Shown here in pieces: positions 27,970 to 39,697 of a stretch of DNA of 64,000 bases. This DNA is from Candidatus Dormiibacterota bacterium (lineage in GTDB: Bacteria; Chloroflexota; Dormibacteria; Aeolococcales; Aeolococcaceae), in assembly GCA_963718525.1 (NCBI GenBank), contig OY970355.1, forward strand, positions 1,632,001 to 1,696,000. The letters run 5' to 3'. Positions within the stretch are counted from its first letter, which is position 1; each line of letters opens with the position of its first letter. The notes beneath the pieces were generated by a model. The model did no database searches, was not told where the DNA came from, and saw only the letters and a list, made by a program, of their open reading frames with translations. Both the position numbers and the translations under genes were made by a program.

Positions 27970-28416
27970 ATGAACCAGGCGCAGATGACCTTCATCGACG
28001 ACATGGGCCAGCTCATGGCCGGCTGGGGGATCCCTCGGACCACCGGCCGGATCTACGCATACCTGCTGCTCCAGCGCGAGCCCGCGACCCTCGACGACAT
28101 CGCAGCCGATCTCAGCATCGCCAAGAGTGGCGCAAGCGTCGCATCGCGGCAGCTCGCACAGCTCGGATTGGCACGGGCTGTGGGCCAGCCAGGCAGCAGG
28201 CGGGTGCTGTACGAGGCGCTGTACAACATCGAATCGATCATCGCCGCGCGCACCGGGCAGATGAATGACCTGATCGTCCGGTTGCGCCAGGGTGCGCGCG
28301 TCGCACCCGGCGGCCAGGGGCGCCGGCGGCTGCAGAACATGGCGGAGTGGTGCGAGGCGTGGGTCCAGCAGTTCCCCATCGTGATGCGGCGCCTGGAGAA
28401 GCAGAGGAAGAGATGA
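27970..28416 (+). CDS. GbsR/MarR-family transcriptional regulator
   Basis: FIDDMG..WGIPRTTGRIYAYLL..TLDDIAADLSIAKSGAS..PGSRR. Confidence 0.85.
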   Translation: MNQAQMTFIDDMGQLMAGWGIPRTTGRIYAYLLLQREPATLDDIAADLSIAKSGASVASRQLAQLGLARAVGQPGSRRVLYEALYNIESIIAARTGQMNDLIVRLRQGARVAPGGQGRRRLQNMAEWCEAWVQQFPIVMRRLEKQRKR

Positions 28417-29297
28417 CGAGCGCCATCGCGACTCACGCGCTCACCAAGGACTACGGTTCAGGACACGGACTCTTCGAACTGGATCTGGAGATCGCGGAAG
28501 GCGAGGTCTTCGGATTCCTTGGGCCCAACGGTGCGGGCAAGACCACCACCATCCGGCTGCTCATGGGCCTCATCCACGCGACTGCCGGAACGGCCACGGT
28601 CTTCGGTCTCGACTGCGATCGCGATTCGGTTGCGGTGAAACGCGAAGTCGGCTACCTCCCGGGTGACCTGCCCCAGTTCGGCGGGATGCGCGGGAGCGAG
28701 GTGGTGGCATATCTCGGAGGCATGCGCGGTGGCATCGACAGGGAGCGAGTGAAGGATCTCGCGGAGCGGTTCGAGCTCGACCTGGGGCGCCGCTTTCGAG
28801 AATATTCGCGCGGCAACAAGCAGAAGCTCGGCCTGGTGCTTGCGTTCATGCATCGCCCGCGCCTGCTCATCCTCGATGAGCCGACGGGCGGTCTCGACCC
28901 GCTCAACCAGCAGACGTTCCATCGGCTCGTCGGCGAGGTGAGCGCATCCGGCGCGACGGTCTTCCTCTCATCGCACGTGCTGTCCGAGGTCGAGGAAACG
29001 TGCTCCAGAGTCGGGATCATTCGCGACGGCGGTCTCGTGTCCGACATGACCATGGACAGAGTTCACGAGCTGCGTTTTCACGAGGTGGTCATCGAATTCA
29101 ATGGTGAGGTGCCGGAAGCCGCTGTGCGCGCTGCCGCGGGGGTCGAGGACGTCAAGGTTGACGGTGCGAAGCTCACCTGCAGGGTGCACGGGGGATTCGA
29201 CGCACTCCTGGCAGCCATCAGCGGCCACTCAGTGGTCGACATGGTCAGCAGGGAGCCGAGCCTCGAGTTGATCTTCCTCAGCTACTACACCAGCTGA
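28413..29297 (+). CDS. ABC exporter ATP-binding protein
   Basis: GPNGAGKTT, YSRGNKQK, LILDEPT and SSHVLSEVE. Confidence 0.92.
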   Translation: MTSAIATHALTKDYGSGHGLFELDLEIAEGEVFGFLGPNGAGKTTTIRLLMGLIHATAGTATVFGLDCDRDSVAVKREVGYLPGDLPQFGGMRGSEVVAYLGGMRGGIDRERVKDLAERFELDLGRRFREYSRGNKQKLGLVLAFMHRPRLLILDEPTGGLDPLNQQTFHRLVGEVSASGATVFLSSHVLSEVEETCSRVGIIRDGGLVSDMTMDRVHELRFHEVVIEFNGEVPEAAVRAAAGVEDVKVDGAKLTCRVHGGFDALLAAISGHSVVDMVSREPSLELIFLSYYTS

Positions 29298-30916
29298 TGT
29301 CTCCCCGGCTGCTGCTGCGGCTGCATCGCATCGGGCTGATCGCGATGGCGTACTTCGGAATCTTCTACGCGCTGGTCAACAGTGCTGCGTTTCCGATCTT
29401 TGCCGGCAGAACGCACGCCACGCAGGCTGCGTTCGGACACTCCGTCAGCGTGCTCGGCGCTCAGCTCACCTGGCTGTTGCCGGCGCCCGTGCGACCCGAC
29501 ACCGCCGCGGGGTACCTGCAGTGGCGCGGCTATGGTTTCTTCGCGATCGTCTTCGCCGCGTGGGGCCTGATGAGCGCGTGCGGTGCAGTGCGCCGTGATG
29601 AGGATCGCGGCCTGGTCGAGGTGTGGCTCGCAGCGGGGAGCTCGCGCCTCCGTCTGCTGGTCACCAGGAGCGCATTTTTCGCGGTGCTGAGCGTGGAGAT
29701 CGTGACGCTGGCCGGAGCCGCCGGGTGGTTGGGTTGCCTGATCGCGGGGAGCTCTGTTGACGTTGCCGGTCTGGTGGGGGAAAGCGCGGCGCTCTGGGGG
29801 CTCACCCTCGCGTGCTTCGGGATCGGGCTGCTGATCTCGCAACTGGCGGCCGACTTCCGCGCGGCCGCTTCGGCCGGGAGTGCATTGCTGGTGCTGATGT
29901 TCCTGCTCGACGGCATCGGGCGGTCAAGCCTCCATCCCGCGCCGTTCACGCGCATCTCGGTGTTCCATCTGTTCAACCAATCCAACGCAATCGCTCCGGG
30001 CGGAAGCTTCGACCTCAGCGCGACGCTGCTCCTGCTCGCCGTCGCCGCGGCCGCGACGGTCATTGCCTCGGTCGCTTTCGTCCGGCGCGACGTCGGTACC
30101 GGGCTCATCGGGTCGCGCCGTCGGGGTGCCCACGAAACCCACGAGGTATCGGCGAACCCGTTGCTGCGCATCCCGGTCGTGCGCGGGCTCTGGATCCGGA
30201 GGGTCACAGCCCTCGCCTGGACCGGCGGCATCGCGGTTGCCGCTGCCGCCGTGGTGCTGCTGGTGAATGTCACCGCGACATTCTTCGCATCGACACCGTC
30301 GCTGGCCCCCTACCTGCGCGGCCTCGCGGGCGATGTGCACACCGTGCTCCTCGCCTTGATCTGGCTGAGCTTCGCGCAGGCGCTCGTCGCCATCTTCGCG
30401 ATTGCGTCGGTGTCGCGCTGGGCGTCAGAGGACTCGTCCGGCGTCCTGGAGATGGAGCTCGCCGAGCCATGGTCGAGGTGGGCAGTGCTGAGGGAGCGGG
30501 CGGCCGAGCTCACGGTGACACTCGCTGTCATGGCGTTCGCCGCCATGGCGGTGATCCTTGCGCTTGCTCCCGCGGAGTCGATCCCCCTCGATGTGGGAAA
30601 GCTGCTCAACGCGACCGCGCTGCTGATCCCCTTCGCGCTCACCTTCGCGGCGGTCGGAGCACTGCTCGCAGGCTGGCGGCCGCGGGTCGCCGTGGTTGTC
30701 CTCTCGACCATCACGGCGATCTCATATTTCGTCTTCGAGCTCGCACCGCTGTTCAAATGGCCGGCGTGGGCGGGGAACCTGTCAGTGTTTCAGCTGTATG
30801 GGACGCCCCTGATCACGCCCGTATTCGTCGGCGGGCTGATCGCCATGCTCGCCATCGCGGTCGTGGGGTTTGGATCCGCCGGCTTCGCGCTGACGCGGCG
30901 GGACGTCGCTGCATAG
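29297..30916 (+). CDS. ABC-2-type exporter permease with two membrane modules
   Basis: About 12 TM segments. Each half has an ED.G.(V/L)E motif and ends in RRDV. Confidence 0.82.
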   Translation: MSPRLLLRLHRIGLIAMAYFGIFYALVNSAAFPIFAGRTHATQAAFGHSVSVLGAQLTWLLPAPVRPDTAAGYLQWRGYGFFAIVFAAWGLMSACGAVRRDEDRGLVEVWLAAGSSRLRLLVTRSAFFAVLSVEIVTLAGAAGWLGCLIAGSSVDVAGLVGESAALWGLTLACFGIGLLISQLAADFRAAASAGSALLVLMFLLDGIGRSSLHPAPFTRISVFHLFNQSNAIAPGGSFDLSATLLLLAVAAAATVIASVAFVRRDVGTGLIGSRRRGAHETHEVSANPLLRIPVVRGLWIRRVTALAWTGGIAVAAAAVVLLVNVTATFFASTPSLAPYLRGLAGDVHTVLLALIWLSFAQALVAIFAIASVSRWASEDSSGVLEMELAEPWSRWAVLRERAAELTVTLAVMAFAAMAVILALAPAESIPLDVGKLLNATALLIPFALTFAAVGALLAGWRPRVAVVVLSTITAISYFVFELAPLFKWPAWAGNLSVFQLYGTPLITPVFVGGLIAMLAIAVVGFGSAGFALTRRDVAA

Positions 30917-30926
30917 GAGGTATCTG

Positions 30927-31733
30927 GTGGCCAACAACTCGGAGACGAAGGATGCGATCCGCTGGATGTGGTCGCTCGGAGACTATGGCGCGATCGCCAC
31001 GCACCTCGAGCCCCACGCGATCGAACTGGCCCAGCGGAGCCGCCTCCAGGCCGGCTCGGAAGTCCTCGATGTCGCCGCCGGCAACGGGAACTTCGCGATA
31101 GCGGCGGCTCGTCTCGGGGCGACCGTCGTGGCCACCGACCTGACCCCGGCCATGGTCGAGCTGGGCCGTGCACGAAGCGCCCCGCTTGGCCTCGCCATCG
31201 AGTGGCGCGAGGCGGACGCGGAGCAGCTTCCCTTTCCCGATGACCGCTTCGACGTCGTGGCGTCGGTGTTCGGTGCGATGTTCGCTCCTGACCCGGAGCG
31301 CGTCGCGGCCGAGCTGTTCAGAGTCGCCAAACCAGGCGGCCTGGTGGCGATGGCCAACTACGGGCCGAAGGGATTTCTCGGACGCTTCACGGCGATGCTG
31401 GCCGAGCGTGGACCCGCGCCACCTCCGGGCATGCACTCCCCATTCGAATGGGGCGTCACCGACGAGGTGCACCGGCGCTTCAAGGGCCTCACCTCATCGA
31501 TCGAGATCTATCCGCAGGCGCTGACCTTCGAGTTCGAGTCGCTCGATGCCGGATCCGACTTCTGGGAGCACACCAACCCGCCGATGATGGCGATGCTCAG
31601 CATGCTCGACGAACAGCAGACTGCGGCGCTGCATCAGGACCTGAGAAAGCTCATGACCGAGCTCAACCAGGTCTCCGGTGGGGGTCTGACGCTCGAGTCA
31701 GACTACCTCCAGGTGCTCGCCCGCAAGGCGTAG
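30927..31733 (+). CDS. Class I SAM-dependent methyltransferase
   Basis: VLDVAAGNG, DAEQLPFPDDRFDVV.SVFGAMFAPD and RVAKPGG. AGGAGG RBS. Confidence 0.88.
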   Translation: MANNSETKDAIRWMWSLGDYGAIATHLEPHAIELAQRSRLQAGSEVLDVAAGNGNFAIAAARLGATVVATDLTPAMVELGRARSAPLGLAIEWREADAEQLPFPDDRFDVVASVFGAMFAPDPERVAAELFRVAKPGGLVAMANYGPKGFLGRFTAMLAERGPAPPPGMHSPFEWGVTDEVHRRFKGLTSSIEIYPQALTFEFESLDAGSDFWEHTNPPMMAMLSMLDEQQTAALHQDLRKLMTELNQVSGGGLTLESDYLQVLARKA

Positions 31734-33311
31734 CTTGTTCAGCTCGCCTGACTGCTCCCGGCTCGCGATGATCGCGAACTCGAAGGCATCAGCGAGCGCG
31801 CTCCACGACGCCTCGATGATGTTGGTGCTGCACCCCACCGTGCTCCAGCGCCGGTGGTGGTCGCCGCTCTCGACGAGCACCCGGACCCCGGCGGCGGTGC
31901 CGTCACGCCCGTCGAGCACGCGCACCTTGTAATCGAAGAGCTGGGTGGCGCCGATCTCGGGATAGCTCGGCGTCAACGCCTTGCGCAGCGCGGCGTCGAG
32001 GGCGTTGACAGGTCCGTTGCCCTCGGCCGCGGTGTGCACGACCTCGTCACCGACCTGCACCTTGATGGTCGCCTCGCACACCAGTTGACGCCCCTCCCGC
32101 TGCTCGACAAGCGCGATGTAGTCGATGAGCGTGAACGGCGCGGGATTGCCGCGCGCGCGATGGACGAGCAGTTCGAAGGACGCCTCAGCCCCTTCGAACG
32201 AGTGACCGCTGAACTCGAGCTCCTTGACCTGATCGGCAACTCTTCGCGCCAGAGCCCTGTCCTGGGTGAGATCGACGCCGAACGCCGCGGCCTTCTCGAG
32301 GACGGTGCCCCGCCCCGACTGCTGCGTGATCACCGAGTGGCGCTCATTGCCAACCCGAGCGGGGTCGATGTGCTGATACGCATACGAGGCTTTGCTCATC
32401 GCGTCGATGTGCTGACCGCCCTTGTGCGTGAACGCGGCCTGCCCGATGTACGGCGCGGAAAGGGGAGGGGCGATGTTGGCGATCTCCGCGACGTCACGCG
32501 CGACCTCGGTGAGGCGCGCCAGCTGCGCGTCCTCGATGACCTGCACGCCCATCTTCAGCTGCAGGTTGGGAATCAGCGTGCAGAGGTTCGCGTTGCCGGT
32601 GCGCTCGCCGTAGCCGTTGATGCATCCCTGCACCTGCACGGCGCCCGCCCGCACCGCGGCGAGCGTGGCAGCGACCGCACATCCGGAGTCGTCGTGGCAG
32701 TGGATCCCGGCGATGCTGCCGAATCGTGACGTGACCTCGCGGACCACAGATTCCACGCGATCGGGCAGCGTTCCGCCGTTGGTATCGCAGAGCGTGATCC
32801 GCTCCGCTCCCGCGCTGACGGCAGCCTCGAGGCAGCGCAGCGCGTAGTCCGGATCGCTGGCGTGTCCATCGAAGAAGTGCTCGGCGTCGTAGACGACGCG
32901 GCGGCCATGGTCGACGAACCAGCGCACCGATTCGGCGATCATCGCGACGTTCTCGTCGGTGGTGGTCCGGAGCACGTCGACGACCTGCCGGTCCCACGCC
33001 TTGCCGACAAGCGTGATGATCGGCGCCATCGAGTCGAGCAGCGTGCGCAGCTGCAGGTCGTCCTGCGCTCTAAGTCCCGGCCGGCGGGTTGCACCGAACG
33101 CCGCGAGAGTCGCGTTGCGGAGCGGGCGTCCCTGCATCGCTGCGAAGAATTCCGTATCCGTGGGGTTCGCGCCGGGCCAGCCCCCTTCGATGACGGTGAC
33201 GCCGAGCGTGTCGAGATGCTCGGCGATGCGAAGCTTGTCGGACACCGAGAAGTTGATGCCGACTCCCTGCGCACCGTCACGCAGAGTCGTGTCGTAGATC
33301 TCGACCGTCAT
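31698..33311 (-). CDS. cimA: Citramalate synthase
   Basis: YDTTLRDGAQ, IEGGWPGANP, YDAEHFFDG, AFTHKGG, FEGAEASFEL and STNIIEASW. Confidence 0.92.
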   Translation of the reverse strand: MTVEIYDTTLRDGAQGVGINFSVSDKLRIAEHLDTLGVTVIEGGWPGANPTDTEFFAAMQGRPLRNATLAAFGATRRPGLRAQDDLQLRTLLDSMAPIITLVGKAWDRQVVDVLRTTTDENVAMIAESVRWFVDHGRRVVYDAEHFFDGHASDPDYALRCLEAAVSAGAERITLCDTNGGTLPDRVESVVREVTSRFGSIAGIHCHDDSGCAVAATLAAVRAGAVQVQGCINGYGERTGNANLCTLIPNLQLKMGVQVIEDAQLARLTEVARDVAEIANIAPPLSAPYIGQAAFTHKGGQHIDAMSKASYAYQHIDPARVGNERHSVITQQSGRGTVLEKAAAFGVDLTQDRALARRVADQVKELEFSGHSFEGAEASFELLVHRARGNPAPFTLIDYIALVEQREGRQLVCEATIKVQVGDEVVHTAAEGNGPVNALDAALRKALTPSYPEIGATQLFDYKVRVLDGRDGTAAGVRVLVESGDHHRRWSTVGCSTNIIEASWSALADAFEFAIIASREQSGELNKLRLAGEHLEVV

Positions 33312-34402
33312 CGCGCGGCTCCACTGCGCGCGCCGAGATGTCGCAACGCCTCGCGTGCCACCGCATCGGCGACGGCGTCGGTTCCCGATCCGCCGCCAAG
33401 GTCGTGGGTGAGGATGTCTTCGGCGATGCACACGTCGACCGCGGATTCGATGGCAGCCGCAAGGTCCTCGCGGTGGAGCGAATGACGAAGGAGCATCGCG
33501 ACCGAGAGGATGGTGCCGTAGGGATTGGCGATGCCACGTCCCGCGAGGGTGGGCGCGCTGCCGTGCACCGGTTCGTACAACCCCTGGTCGGTCGCGTTGA
33601 GGCTGGCCGACGGGAGCAGGCCCAGCGAGCCGGCGAGCACGGCTGCCTCATCGCTCAGGATGTCGCCGAAGAGATTCTCCGCGACCACGACGTCGATGGA
33701 CGCGGGCTCGCGCACCAACCGCATCGCGAACGAGTCGACGAGCTCGTGGCTCAACGTGACGTCGGGATACTCGGGACCCAGCGCGGTGACGACCTCTCTC
33801 CAGAGCTGGCTCGTGATGAGCACGTTCGCCTTGTCGATCGAGATGAGCTCGCCGCGTCGCAACTCGGCGAGCCTGAAGGCGACACGAGCGACCCGTTCGA
33901 TCTCGGCCGCGCTGTACACGATGCTGTCGCGGGCGATCTCGTCCGGCCCCGACCCTGTGCGTCCGCGCGGCTGTCCAAAGTAGGCGCCCCCAGTCAGCTC
34001 GCGCACGATCACCAGGTCAGTCCCACTGATGACCTCGGGACGCAGCGTGGTGCGATCGACGAGGTGCGGATGCACCTTGACGGGACGGACATTGGCGAAG
34101 ACGTCGAGCTCCCGTCGCAGTCGCAACAGGCCCGCTTCGCAGCGCTGCTCGCCGCGCAGGTGATCCCATGCCGGGCCGCCGACCGCCCCGAGCAGCACCG
34201 CATCAGCGGCCTTGCACGCGTCGAGCGTCTCGTCGGGAAGCGGCATGCCGAACTCGTCGATCGCCCGACCGCCGATGGGACGGACATCGATGCTCACCTG
34301 CGTGTCAGCGGCATCACAGACGGTCGCGAGCACGCTCAGGGCCGCGTTCACAACCTCCGGGCCGACGCCGTCTCCCGGGAGCACGACGATGTTTGCTTTC
34401 AC
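33308..34402 (-). CDS. leuB: 3-isopropylmalate dehydrogenase
   Basis: LPGDGVGPEV, GAVGGP, VRELTGG, NLFGDILSDEA and YEPVHGSAP. Confidence 0.95.
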   Translation of the reverse strand: MKANIVVLPGDGVGPEVVNAALSVLATVCDAADTQVSIDVRPIGGRAIDEFGMPLPDETLDACKAADAVLLGAVGGPAWDHLRGEQRCEAGLLRLRRELDVFANVRPVKVHPHLVDRTTLRPEVISGTDLVIVRELTGGAYFGQPRGRTGSGPDEIARDSIVYSAAEIERVARVAFRLAELRRGELISIDKANVLITSQLWREVVTALGPEYPDVTLSHELVDSFAMRLVREPASIDVVVAENLFGDILSDEAAVLAGSLGLLPSASLNATDQGLYEPVHGSAPTLAGRGIANPYGTILSVAMLLRHSLHREDLAAAIESAVDVCIAEDILTHDLGGGSGTDAVADAVAREALRHLGARSGAAR

Positions 34403-35022
34403 GGGCCGGCCCGGACGCGCTGCAGATCCGGCATCCACGCCGGGCGGCCCTGTTCGAATGCGGTGATCTCGGGTTCGTGCGCGAGGGTCAGGCCGATGTC
34501 GTCGAGACCCTCCAGCAGGCGGCGCCGCTCGAACGGGTCGATGCTGAACGTGAAACGCAGATCACCGCATGTCACCGTCTGCGCCTCGAGGTCGACGGCG
34601 ACGGCGATCCCCGGTTGCTCTGCGGCGAGGTCGAGGAGTTCGCGAACCTCGTGCTCGGGAAGGATCACCGGAAGGACTCCGCTGCCGAGCGCGTTGGCTC
34701 TGAAGATATCCGCAAACAACTCCGCGATGATTGCGCGAATGCCGTAGTCGGCAAGCGCCCACACCGCGTGCTCGCGCGAAGAACCACAGCCGAAGTTGCG
34801 TCCCGTGACCATCACGGTCCCGGGCGCGTACGCCTCCTGGTTGAACACGAACTCCGGCCGCGGCGTGCCGGACGGCTCACGGCGCCAGTCGTAGAAGAGG
34901 AACTCGCCGTAGCCGGTTCGCTCGATACGTTTGAGGAACTGCTTGGGGATGATCTGATCGGTGTCGACGTCCGAGCGGTCGAGCGGGATGAGCACGCCGT
35001 CCTCGCGGCGAAACGGTTTCAT
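34399..35022 (-). CDS. leuD: 3-isopropylmalate dehydratase small subunit
   Basis: [24 protein letters not shown] and GLDDIGLTL. Confidence 0.95.
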   Translation of the reverse strand: MKPFRREDGVLIPLDRSDVDTDQIIPKQFLKRIERTGYGEFLFYDWRREPSGTPRPEFVFNQEAYAPGTVMVTGRNFGCGSSREHAVWALADYGIRAIIAELFADIFRANALGSGVLPVILPEHEVRELLDLAAEQPGIAVAVDLEAQTVTCGDLRFTFSIDPFERRRLLEGLDDIGLTLAHEPEITAFEQGRPAWMPDLQRVRAGP

Positions 35023-36440
35023 GCCCGGCCCACCGGTACGGCGAGGCGGCGGACATCGACAAACCGGCCCTCGACGGCGGCGGCTGCTGCCATCGCCGGC
35101 GAGACGAGGTGGGTGCGCCCGCCGCGTCCCTGGCGGCCTTCGAAATTGCGGTTGCTCGTGCTGGCACAGCGCTCGCCGGGTTGGAGGATGTCGGGGTTCA
35201 TGCCGAGGCACATCGAGCAGCCCGGATTGCGCCACTCAGCTCCGGCGCTGATGAAGACCGTGTCGAGTCCCTCGGATTCGGCCTGCACCTTCACCTGGGC
35301 CGAGCCGGGCACCACCAGGACGCGGACACCCTCGTGGACTCGGCGCCCGTCGAGCATCGCGGCCGCCGCGCGCAGGTCCTCGATGCGGCCATTGGTGCAT
35401 GACCCGATGAACACGGTGTCGAGCCTGATGTCCTCGATGGCCATGCCCGGCTCGAGACCCATGTACGCGAGGGCGCGCACCGCGGATTCACGCTCCGCGG
35501 CGTCCTGGAACATCTCCGGGTCGGGGACGCGTCCGGTCACCGGCACCGATTGTGCTGGCGTGGTCCCCCAGGTCACCGTCGGCTCCAGCGTTGTCGCGTC
35601 GACGCTCACCACGCGGTCGTATGCCGCGCCCGGATCGCTCTGCAGCTCGCTCCACGCAGCAACCGCGCCGTCCCAATCGGCGGCGGCAGGCGCATACGGG
35701 CGGCGCCTGATGTAAGCAAAGGTGGTGGCATCGGGCGCGATCATCCCGGCGCGGCCACCGCCTTCGATGGTGAGGTTGCAGAGCGTCATGCGCTGCTCCA
35801 TCGTGAAGCCACGGACCACCGAGCCCGTGTACTCGACCACGTGACCCGCGGCGCCCGCTGTGCCGATGGCGTTGAGGACTCCCAGGGCCGCGTCCTTGGC
35901 GGTGACTCCGACGGGCAGCGTGCCTTCGATCCGCACCTCCATGGTCTTCGGGCGGGACTGACGGAGACACTGCGTCGCCAGGACGTGCTCGACCTCGGAC
36001 GTCCCGATTCCCAGAGCGAATGCCCCGAAGGCACCGTGCGTGGCCGTGTGCGAATCACCGCAGACGACGATCGTCCCGGGGACGGTGAGGCCGAGCTCCG
36101 GCCCGATCACGTGGACGATGCCCTGCCAGCGATGCCCGGCGCCGAAGCACGAGATTCCGTGCTCCTCGCAGTTCCGGCGCAGCGCATCCATCTGCGCCGC
36201 ACTCATCTCGTCGGCGCCGCTGACCCCGTCGCCGTCGGTCGGGACGTTGTGGTCCATCGTGGCAACAACCAGACCGGGTCTGCGCACGCTTCGGCCTTCC
36301 ATGCGGAGGCCTTCGAACGCCTGTGGGGAGGTGACCTCATGGACGAGGTGAAGATCCACGTAGAGCAGCGACGGCTCACCGGGCTCCTCGGCGACGGTGT
36401 GTGCCTCCCAGATCTTGTCGAAGAGGGTGCGCGGAGTCAT
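35019..36440 (-). CDS. leuC: 3-isopropylmalate dehydratase large subunit
   Basis: [36 protein letters not shown] and [12 protein letters not shown]. Confidence 0.96.
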   Translation of the reverse strand: MTPRTLFDKIWEAHTVAEEPGEPSLLYVDLHLVHEVTSPQAFEGLRMEGRSVRRPGLVVATMDHNVPTDGDGVSGADEMSAAQMDALRRNCEEHGISCFGAGHRWQGIVHVIGPELGLTVPGTIVVCGDSHTATHGAFGAFALGIGTSEVEHVLATQCLRQSRPKTMEVRIEGTLPVGVTAKDAALGVLNAIGTAGAAGHVVEYTGSVVRGFTMEQRMTLCNLTIEGGGRAGMIAPDATTFAYIRRRPYAPAAADWDGAVAAWSELQSDPGAAYDRVVSVDATTLEPTVTWGTTPAQSVPVTGRVPDPEMFQDAAERESAVRALAYMGLEPGMAIEDIRLDTVFIGSCTNGRIEDLRAAAAMLDGRRVHEGVRVLVVPGSAQVKVQAESEGLDTVFISAGAEWRNPGCSMCLGMNPDILQPGERCASTSNRNFEGRQGRGGRTHLVSPAMAAAAAVEGRFVDVRRLAVPVGRA

Positions 36441-38035
36441 TTGACCCCCGAGGTGGCCGCGGCTGGAGCTGCGGCGGTCGAAGTGGCCATCGCCGCCATC
36501 CGCTCCGGAGGCACGCGCGGCCCCGCCGCGAGCCGCGTGGTCAGGCGGTTCAGGGCATGGACGTACGCTTTCGCGGCCGCCACCAGGATGTCGGTGTCGG
36601 CGCCGTGACCCGAGCTCAGGGTGCCGTCCTGGCGCAGGCGCACGCTCACCTCGCCGACGGCGTCCATGCCCTCCGTGATCGCCTGAATGGCGAACTCCTC
36701 GAGCTCGGCCTCCACGTGCACCAGCGAATCGATGGCGCGATAGGTCGCGTCGACCGGGCCGTCTCCCATTGAGACAGCCTCGTGGCTCGCGCCGTCGTCC
36801 AGAAGCATGCGCACGGTGGCCGTGGCGCGCAGGTTGGTGCCGCAACTCACCTGGAGGTGCTCGAGACGGAACGTCTCCTCAGCACCCTGGCGCTCGTCGG
36901 CGACGATCGCCTCGAGATCGCGGTCGGTGACGTCCCGCTTGCGGTCGGCGAGTTCCTTGAAACGCACAAAGGCGCGCTGCAATTCCTCGCCGTCAAGACG
37001 GTAGCCCAATTGCTCGAGGCGGTCGCGCAGCGCGTGGCGCCCGCTGAGCTTGCCGAGCACGAGCGTTGAGCCGGCTCCCACCTGACCCGGCTCCATGATC
37101 TCGAAGGTCCGGCGGTCCTTGAGCATGCCATCCTGGTGGATGCCGGAATGGTGCGCGAACGCATTGGCTCCGACCACGGCCTTGTTCGGCTGGACGAGCA
37201 TGCCGGTGAGCTGGGACACGAGCCGTGAGGTGCGATACAGCTGCGAATGATCGAGCTGGGTGGTCACGCCGTACACCGTCTCGTGCAGACGGACGGCCAT
37301 CGCGACCTCCTCGAGCGCGGCATTGCCCGCACGCTCGCCGATACCGTTGACACATGTCTCGATCTGTCGCGCCCCGCCGAGCACGCTGACGAGCGAGTTG
37401 GCAGTTGCGAGGCCGAGATCGTTGTGACAGTGGACCGAAAGCACGACAGTTCGAAGCGCCGGTACCTGCTCATACATCCAGGCGATGAGCGAGCGCCACT
37501 CGTCGGGTGTCGCGTATCCGACGGTGTCGGGCAGATTGATGGTGGTCGCCCCAGCCTCGATACAGCTGTTGACCACCTCGGCCAGGTACTCGCGCTCGGT
37601 ACGGCTCGCATCCATGGGTGAGAACTCGACGTCTTCGCGGAATGTCTTCGCGAGCCCGGTCATCGCGACAGCGCGCTCGTGAACCTCGCGCTGGGTCATG
37701 CGCAGCTGTCCTTCACGATGGATCGGTGAGGTGCCGATGAACACATGAATGCGCGCGCGGGCCGCAGGCTCGAGCGCCGCGGCGCACGCGCGGACGTCAG
37801 CCTCGAAACAGCGCGAGAGACCCGCGATCACCGAGCCGTCGACCTGTTCGGCGATGGCCTTGACCGCGGCAAAGTCACCCGGCGAGCTGTGTGGGAACCC
37901 GGCTTCGATGACATCCACCTTCAGTCGAGCGAGCTGATGGGCGATCTGGAGCTTGTCCTCCGCGTTGAGCGCCACCCCGGGGGACTGCTCACCGTCGCGA
38001 AGCGTGGTGTCAAGAATCGTCAGCGACTCGGTCAT
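36437..38035 (-). CDS. leuA: 2-isopropylmalate synthase
   Basis: [32 protein letters not shown] and a C-terminal regulatory domain (GDGPVDA). Confidence 0.95.
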   Translation of the reverse strand: MTESLTILDTTLRDGEQSPGVALNAEDKLQIAHQLARLKVDVIEAGFPHSSPGDFAAVKAIAEQVDGSVIAGLSRCFEADVRACAAALEPAARARIHVFIGTSPIHREGQLRMTQREVHERAVAMTGLAKTFREDVEFSPMDASRTEREYLAEVVNSCIEAGATTINLPDTVGYATPDEWRSLIAWMYEQVPALRTVVLSVHCHNDLGLATANSLVSVLGGARQIETCVNGIGERAGNAALEEVAMAVRLHETVYGVTTQLDHSQLYRTSRLVSQLTGMLVQPNKAVVGANAFAHHSGIHQDGMLKDRRTFEIMEPGQVGAGSTLVLGKLSGRHALRDRLEQLGYRLDGEELQRAFVRFKELADRKRDVTDRDLEAIVADERQGAEETFRLEHLQVSCGTNLRATATVRMLLDDGASHEAVSMGDGPVDATYRAIDSLVHVEAELEEFAIQAITEGMDAVGEVSVRLRQDGTLSSGHGADTDILVAAAKAYVHALNRLTTRLAAGPRVPPERMAAMATSTAAAPAAATSGVK

Positions 38036-39087
38036 ACCGTCGCCTCCTCGCGGTCGGGCTCAGCCAGCACCTTCTCCATCCCGGGCGCCGTCTTGCTGTC
38101 GAGCCAGCCCATCTTTGACCGCAGCTCGGCGCCGACGCGCTCGATGGGCAGACGCTGCTCCTCGTCGCGATATTCGACGAAGTTCGGCCGTCCGGCTTCG
38201 TTCTCCTCGATCCAGCGCTTGGCGAAGCTGCCGTCCTGGATGTCGCTCAGCAATTTGCGCATGGTGGCGCGGGTGCGCTCGTCCACCACCTTGGGGCCGC
38301 TGACGTAGTCGCCATACTCGGCGGTCTCGCTCACGGAGTAGCGCATCCACGACAGACCGCCCTGATACATGAGATCAACGATGAGCTTGAGCTCGTGCAT
38401 GACCTCGAAGTACGCGAGCTCGGGCTGATAGCCGGCATCGGTGAGCGTGTCGAACCCGGCCTTGACCAGCGACGTGATGCCGCCGCACAGCACCGCCTGC
38501 TCCCCGAAGAGATCGGTCTCGGTCTCCTCGGCGAACGTCGTCTCGAGGACGCCGGCGCGGGTGCCGCCGATGCCTCGCGCGTACGCAAGGGTGCGTTCGC
38601 GGGCGAGACCGGTCGCGTTCTGATGCACGGCGAACAGGCACGGGACGCCCTGTCCCGCGACGAAGGTGCTGCGCACCAGGTGGCCCGGGCCTTTGGGAGC
38701 CACCATGCTGACGTCGACGCCGACTGGCGGGTCGATGAGCTCGTAGCGGATGTTGAATCCGTGGGCGAACATCAGCATCTTGTCCGCATGCAGGTGCGGT
38801 GCGATCGCCTCGTCATACAGCGCGCGCTGGCCGGTGTCAGGTGTCAGCACCATGATCACATCGGCCTCCGCGCATGCCTCCGCAGGGGTCAGCACGCGGA
38901 GTCCCTCGGCCTGCGCCGCGGCACGGCTGCGGCTGGATTCGGGAAGGCCAACGCGCACGTCATGACCCGAGTCGCGCAGGTTGAGCGCGTGAGCGTGGCC
39001 CTGCGAGCCGTACCCCAGAATGGCGATGGGGAGATTTGACAGAGCCTCTGGATCGGCGTCTGCGTCGTAGTACATCCGAGCGGTCAT
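38032..39087 (-). CDS. ilvC: Ketol-acid reductoisomerase
   Basis: [36 protein letters not shown] and SETAEYG. Confidence 0.96.
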   Translation of the reverse strand: MTARMYYDADADPEALSNLPIAILGYGSQGHAHALNLRDSGHDVRVGLPESSRSRAAAQAEGLRVLTPAEACAEADVIMVLTPDTGQRALYDEAIAPHLHADKMLMFAHGFNIRYELIDPPVGVDVSMVAPKGPGHLVRSTFVAGQGVPCLFAVHQNATGLARERTLAYARGIGGTRAGVLETTFAEETETDLFGEQAVLCGGITSLVKAGFDTLTDAGYQPELAYFEVMHELKLIVDLMYQGGLSWMRYSVSETAEYGDYVSGPKVVDERTRATMRKLLSDIQDGSFAKRWIEENEAGRPNFVEYRDEEQRLPIERVGAELRSKMGWLDSKTAPGMEKVLAEPDREEATV

Positions 39088-39112
39088 TGATCGCTGCCTC
39101 CTCTGCGCTTGC

Positions 39113-39697
39113 TCACACGGTGCCGGTGGTGTCGCCGGCCACGCCCTGCAGGCGCGACGGCTCTGTCTGCGGCTCGTCGCCGTCGGTCGCGAAGTCCATG
39201 AGCCGGAAGCGGGCCTGGTCGCCTCGAACGAGCGCCACGACGCCGCTTCGTGCCAGCTCCTTGATGCCGTACGGCCGCATCAGGTCGATGAAGTTGTCGA
39301 TCTTCTCCGCACTGCCCGTCACCTCGATGATCACCGAGTTGGCGGCGACGTCGACGACCCGTCCCCTGAAGATGTCGACGAGGTTCAGCACCTCGGTTCG
39401 CTCGCCAGGTGGCGCGTGCATGCGGACGAGCACCAGCTCATGCGCAACATTGCGCAATCCCGTGATGTCGTCGATGGTGATGACGTCGATGAGCTTGGCC
39501 AGCTGCTTGGTGGCCTGCTCGGCCTGCTGCCGCCCGACGTGCACGGTGATCGTCATCCGCGAGATCGTGTCGTCCTCGGTGGGCCCCACCGAGAGCGAAT
39601 CGATGTTGAAGCCTCGCCGCCGGATCATCGACGCGACGCGCTGCAGGACCCCCGGTTTGTTGTCGACCAGTACTGACAACAGCCGGCTCGCGGTCAT
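39113..39697 (-). CDS. ilvN: Acetolactate synthase small (regulatory) subunit
   Basis: [34 protein letters not shown] and GIKELARSG. Confidence 0.93.
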   Translation of the reverse strand: MTASRLLSVLVDNKPGVLQRVASMIRRRGFNIDSLSVGPTEDDTISRMTITVHVGRQQAEQATKQLAKLIDVITIDDITGLRNVAHELVLVRMHAPPGERTEVLNLVDIFRGRVVDVAANSVIIEVTGSAEKIDNFIDLMRPYGIKELARSGVVALVRGDQARFRLMDFATDGDEPQTEPSRLQGVAGDTTGTV

